The position numbers and the translations under genes are program-made. A stretch of DNA of 64,000 nt from a virus: positions 2,331 through 66,330 of IMG/VR virus record IMGVR_UViG_3300044846_002605; one strand, written 5' to 3'. The notes beneath the pieces are model-generated. The model saw nothing but the letters and a program-made list of their open reading frames with translations, searched no databases and had not been told where the DNA came from. The first letter of the stretch is position 1; each line of letters opens with the position of its first letter. Positions 62,581-64,000 of the stretch are shown here, one piece after another.

Positions 62581-63103
62581 TCTTTGTTTTAGGTTCATCT
62601 TTAACGTACTGTGACAACTTTTTAAGTATCGGTACATACTCAGTCCATCCTATTCTTTTAAAGTTCTCCAGATTGGACCAAATCAAGTTTATTAGCACAA
62701 AGTTATAAAATCCATAATGCAACCACTCATAAATGTTAAAATTCCAACTAAAGAAAGTTTTTACTGGAACATAAACAGCTAATGCATGAGAACATCCAAT
62801 CATGATCATGTAAATTAACAACTTTAACCAACCTTTTCCAAATAATTCTGAGTCAAATGCTTTGTTTTCTTTTCTAGAAGCTTTTATTCCAGTAAACATT
62901 TCTAAACCAAATAGAACAATCAAAACTATTCCTACAGGTAGTTCAATACCAAAAATTGCATTGAAGTAGTAAGCTATTGTTGCCAATAGTGTACTTAACA
63001 TGGTTGCTGGTCCAGCAAGATTTGGATGAAACGCGCTATCTATAAAGTGAGCAGAATCTCTGTATCCTGCTGACATTGCTATTTTGCAAATTATTGTTTT
63101 CAT
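62558..63103 (-). CDS. Phage holin
   Basis: Several TM segments, FTGIKAS and SNLENF..IG motifs of the holin_4_1 type; upstream of the amidase; likely start MKTIICK at 63103. Confidence 0.7.
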   Translation of the reverse strand: MKTIICKIAMSAGYRDSAHFIDSAFHPNLAGPATMLSTLLATIAYYFNAIFGIELPVGIVLIVLFGLEMFTGIKASRKENKAFDSELFGKGWLKLLIYMIMIGCSHALAVYVPVKTFFSWNFNIYEWLHYGFYNFVLINLIWSNLENFKRIGWTEYVPILKKLSQYVKDEPKTKNDGEENA

Positions 63104-63105
63104 TG

Positions 63106-64000
63106 TTAACATGGATTATATGTGTTTAAACAATCTTGGCAAGTATTGAATGGGTTATATACTTCAAATTCATTTGTAAATCCGCTTGTGCTTAGTCCTA
63201 ATAAAGTGTAACAACCTACTACGTCATTTAAGACATCATACAAAGAATAAGTTCCACCAACTCCATTGCTAAATGCACCTGTGACATATCCTACTATAAT
63301 GCTATTATCGCAACAATTTTGCAACTCAACTATTTTGGGAGCTGATGTATATAGACTACAAAGCTCACATGTTCCCGCGCTCCAGTTTAATGATAAATCT
63401 ATTTCAATTATAGGATCACCAAATGCAGGATAACCATATCCAATTATTTGATAACATTCTAGTGATTTTTTATCAAAGTAATATTGTCCAAAATTTATAG
63501 GGCTAAACGGCAGTCTGCACATTGCAAAAGATATTACATCTGTTATACAATTTTTTACTTCAAATAACATAAAACAAGTTTTACCACCATAAACTTGGTT
63601 TGTGCAATCTCTGCAATTTTTATAAACTGGAACTGAAGGTTCGTCAGGCCAATTCCAAATTTGATAAGTTTCAGTACCAACAGTAGAAACTGACATTACT
63701 TCCCAACATAATTTCCATACATCGCTAATAATAAAGCCTTCACCAAAATTAAGAAACTGTGCAGGAATTGATGTAACCTCTACTCTATCTGTATCACAAC
63801 ATGCGCGTATTGTTAAAAAATACTCTGTTGGACATGGGTTAGCAGCTGTACATTCTGGACAATTTTTTTCTCTAGGTGTTGGTGTAGGATACACTGTAAC
63901 AACTTCAATGCTGTAATCTGTTGGTAATTGATCTGCTTCACCCATGCACATCCAACATCTTCCTAACTGATCCACAAATGAATCACCTTGATTTAAAGTA
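63106..64000 (-). CDS. Cys-rich repeat protein, 5' end beyond the window
   Basis: The frame stays open upstream of the track's GTG start (TLNQGDSF-VDQLGRC). Four C(C)...C(W/Y)...CxxC modules. Confidence 0.7.
   Translation of the reverse strand, partial: TLNQGDSFVDQLGRCWMCMGEADQLPTDYSIEVVTVYPTPTPREKNCPECTAANPCPTEYFLTIRACCDTDRVEVTSIPAQFLNFGEGFIISDVWKLCWEVMSVSTVGTETYQIWNWPDEPSVPVYKNCRDCTNQVYGGKTCFMLFEVKNCITDVISFAMCRLPFSPINFGQYYFDKKSLECYQIIGYGYPAFGDPIIEIDLSLNWSAGTCELCSLYTSAPKIVELQNCCDNSIIVGYVTGAFSNGVGGTYSLYDVLNDVVGCYTLLGLSTSGFTNEFEVYNPFNTCQDCLNTYNPC

Noticed and set aside
467-62614. All plus-strand ORFs in the track (e.g. 8801..9346, 15642..16223) and the short out-of-frame minus-strand ORFs
   Set aside because: They lie antisense to or inside long, motif-bearing minus-strand genes and have shadow-ORF composition.
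1-64000. Stop-codon reassignment (TAG or TGA), known in some Crassvirales
   Set aside because: Genes tile densely and are full length in the standard code. TGA and TAG act as real stops at coupled junctions or before terminators (47532, 47983, 48114, 49677).
1-64000. tRNA, rRNA, integrase or transposase genes
   Set aside because: Intergenic gaps are short and largely accounted for by terminators and leaders; no such motifs were seen, though no covariance search could be run.

Overview
A 64 kb, AT-rich, gene-dense segment of a large crAss-like (Crassvirales-related) podophage, probably infecting a Bacteroidota host. All credible genes are on the - strand and read in the standard code. In transcription order (64000 to 1) it holds: a Cys-rich protein cut by the right edge; a lysis cassette (holin, small membrane protein, repeat protein, amidase); small regulatory/IHF-like genes; a PD-(D/E)XK nuclease; TerS-like, TerL, portal, scaffold-like and major capsid genes; five tiny basic proteins; ring/auxiliary capsid/hub-like genes; a Dps-like gene; a block of Cys-rich, collagen-like and vWA fibre genes; two tail ring genes and the muzzle gene; and six cargo/ejection genes. 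The last cargo gene is missing from the ORF track: it starts at 11394 and runs off the left edge (at least 3798 codons). It encodes a virion RNA polymerase (DGAGW, RIPSQ, GSDYDIDK) fused to an HEAFH zincin, a T4 PNK-like P-loop kinase and a SLOG-like domain. Other highlights are a structured intergenic element complementary to three translation-start regions, a recurring xxxGG motif in internal proteins, and an extensive Cys-rich/collagen surface module. Functional calls come from motifs read by eye and remembered crAss-like gene order; no database searches were run.
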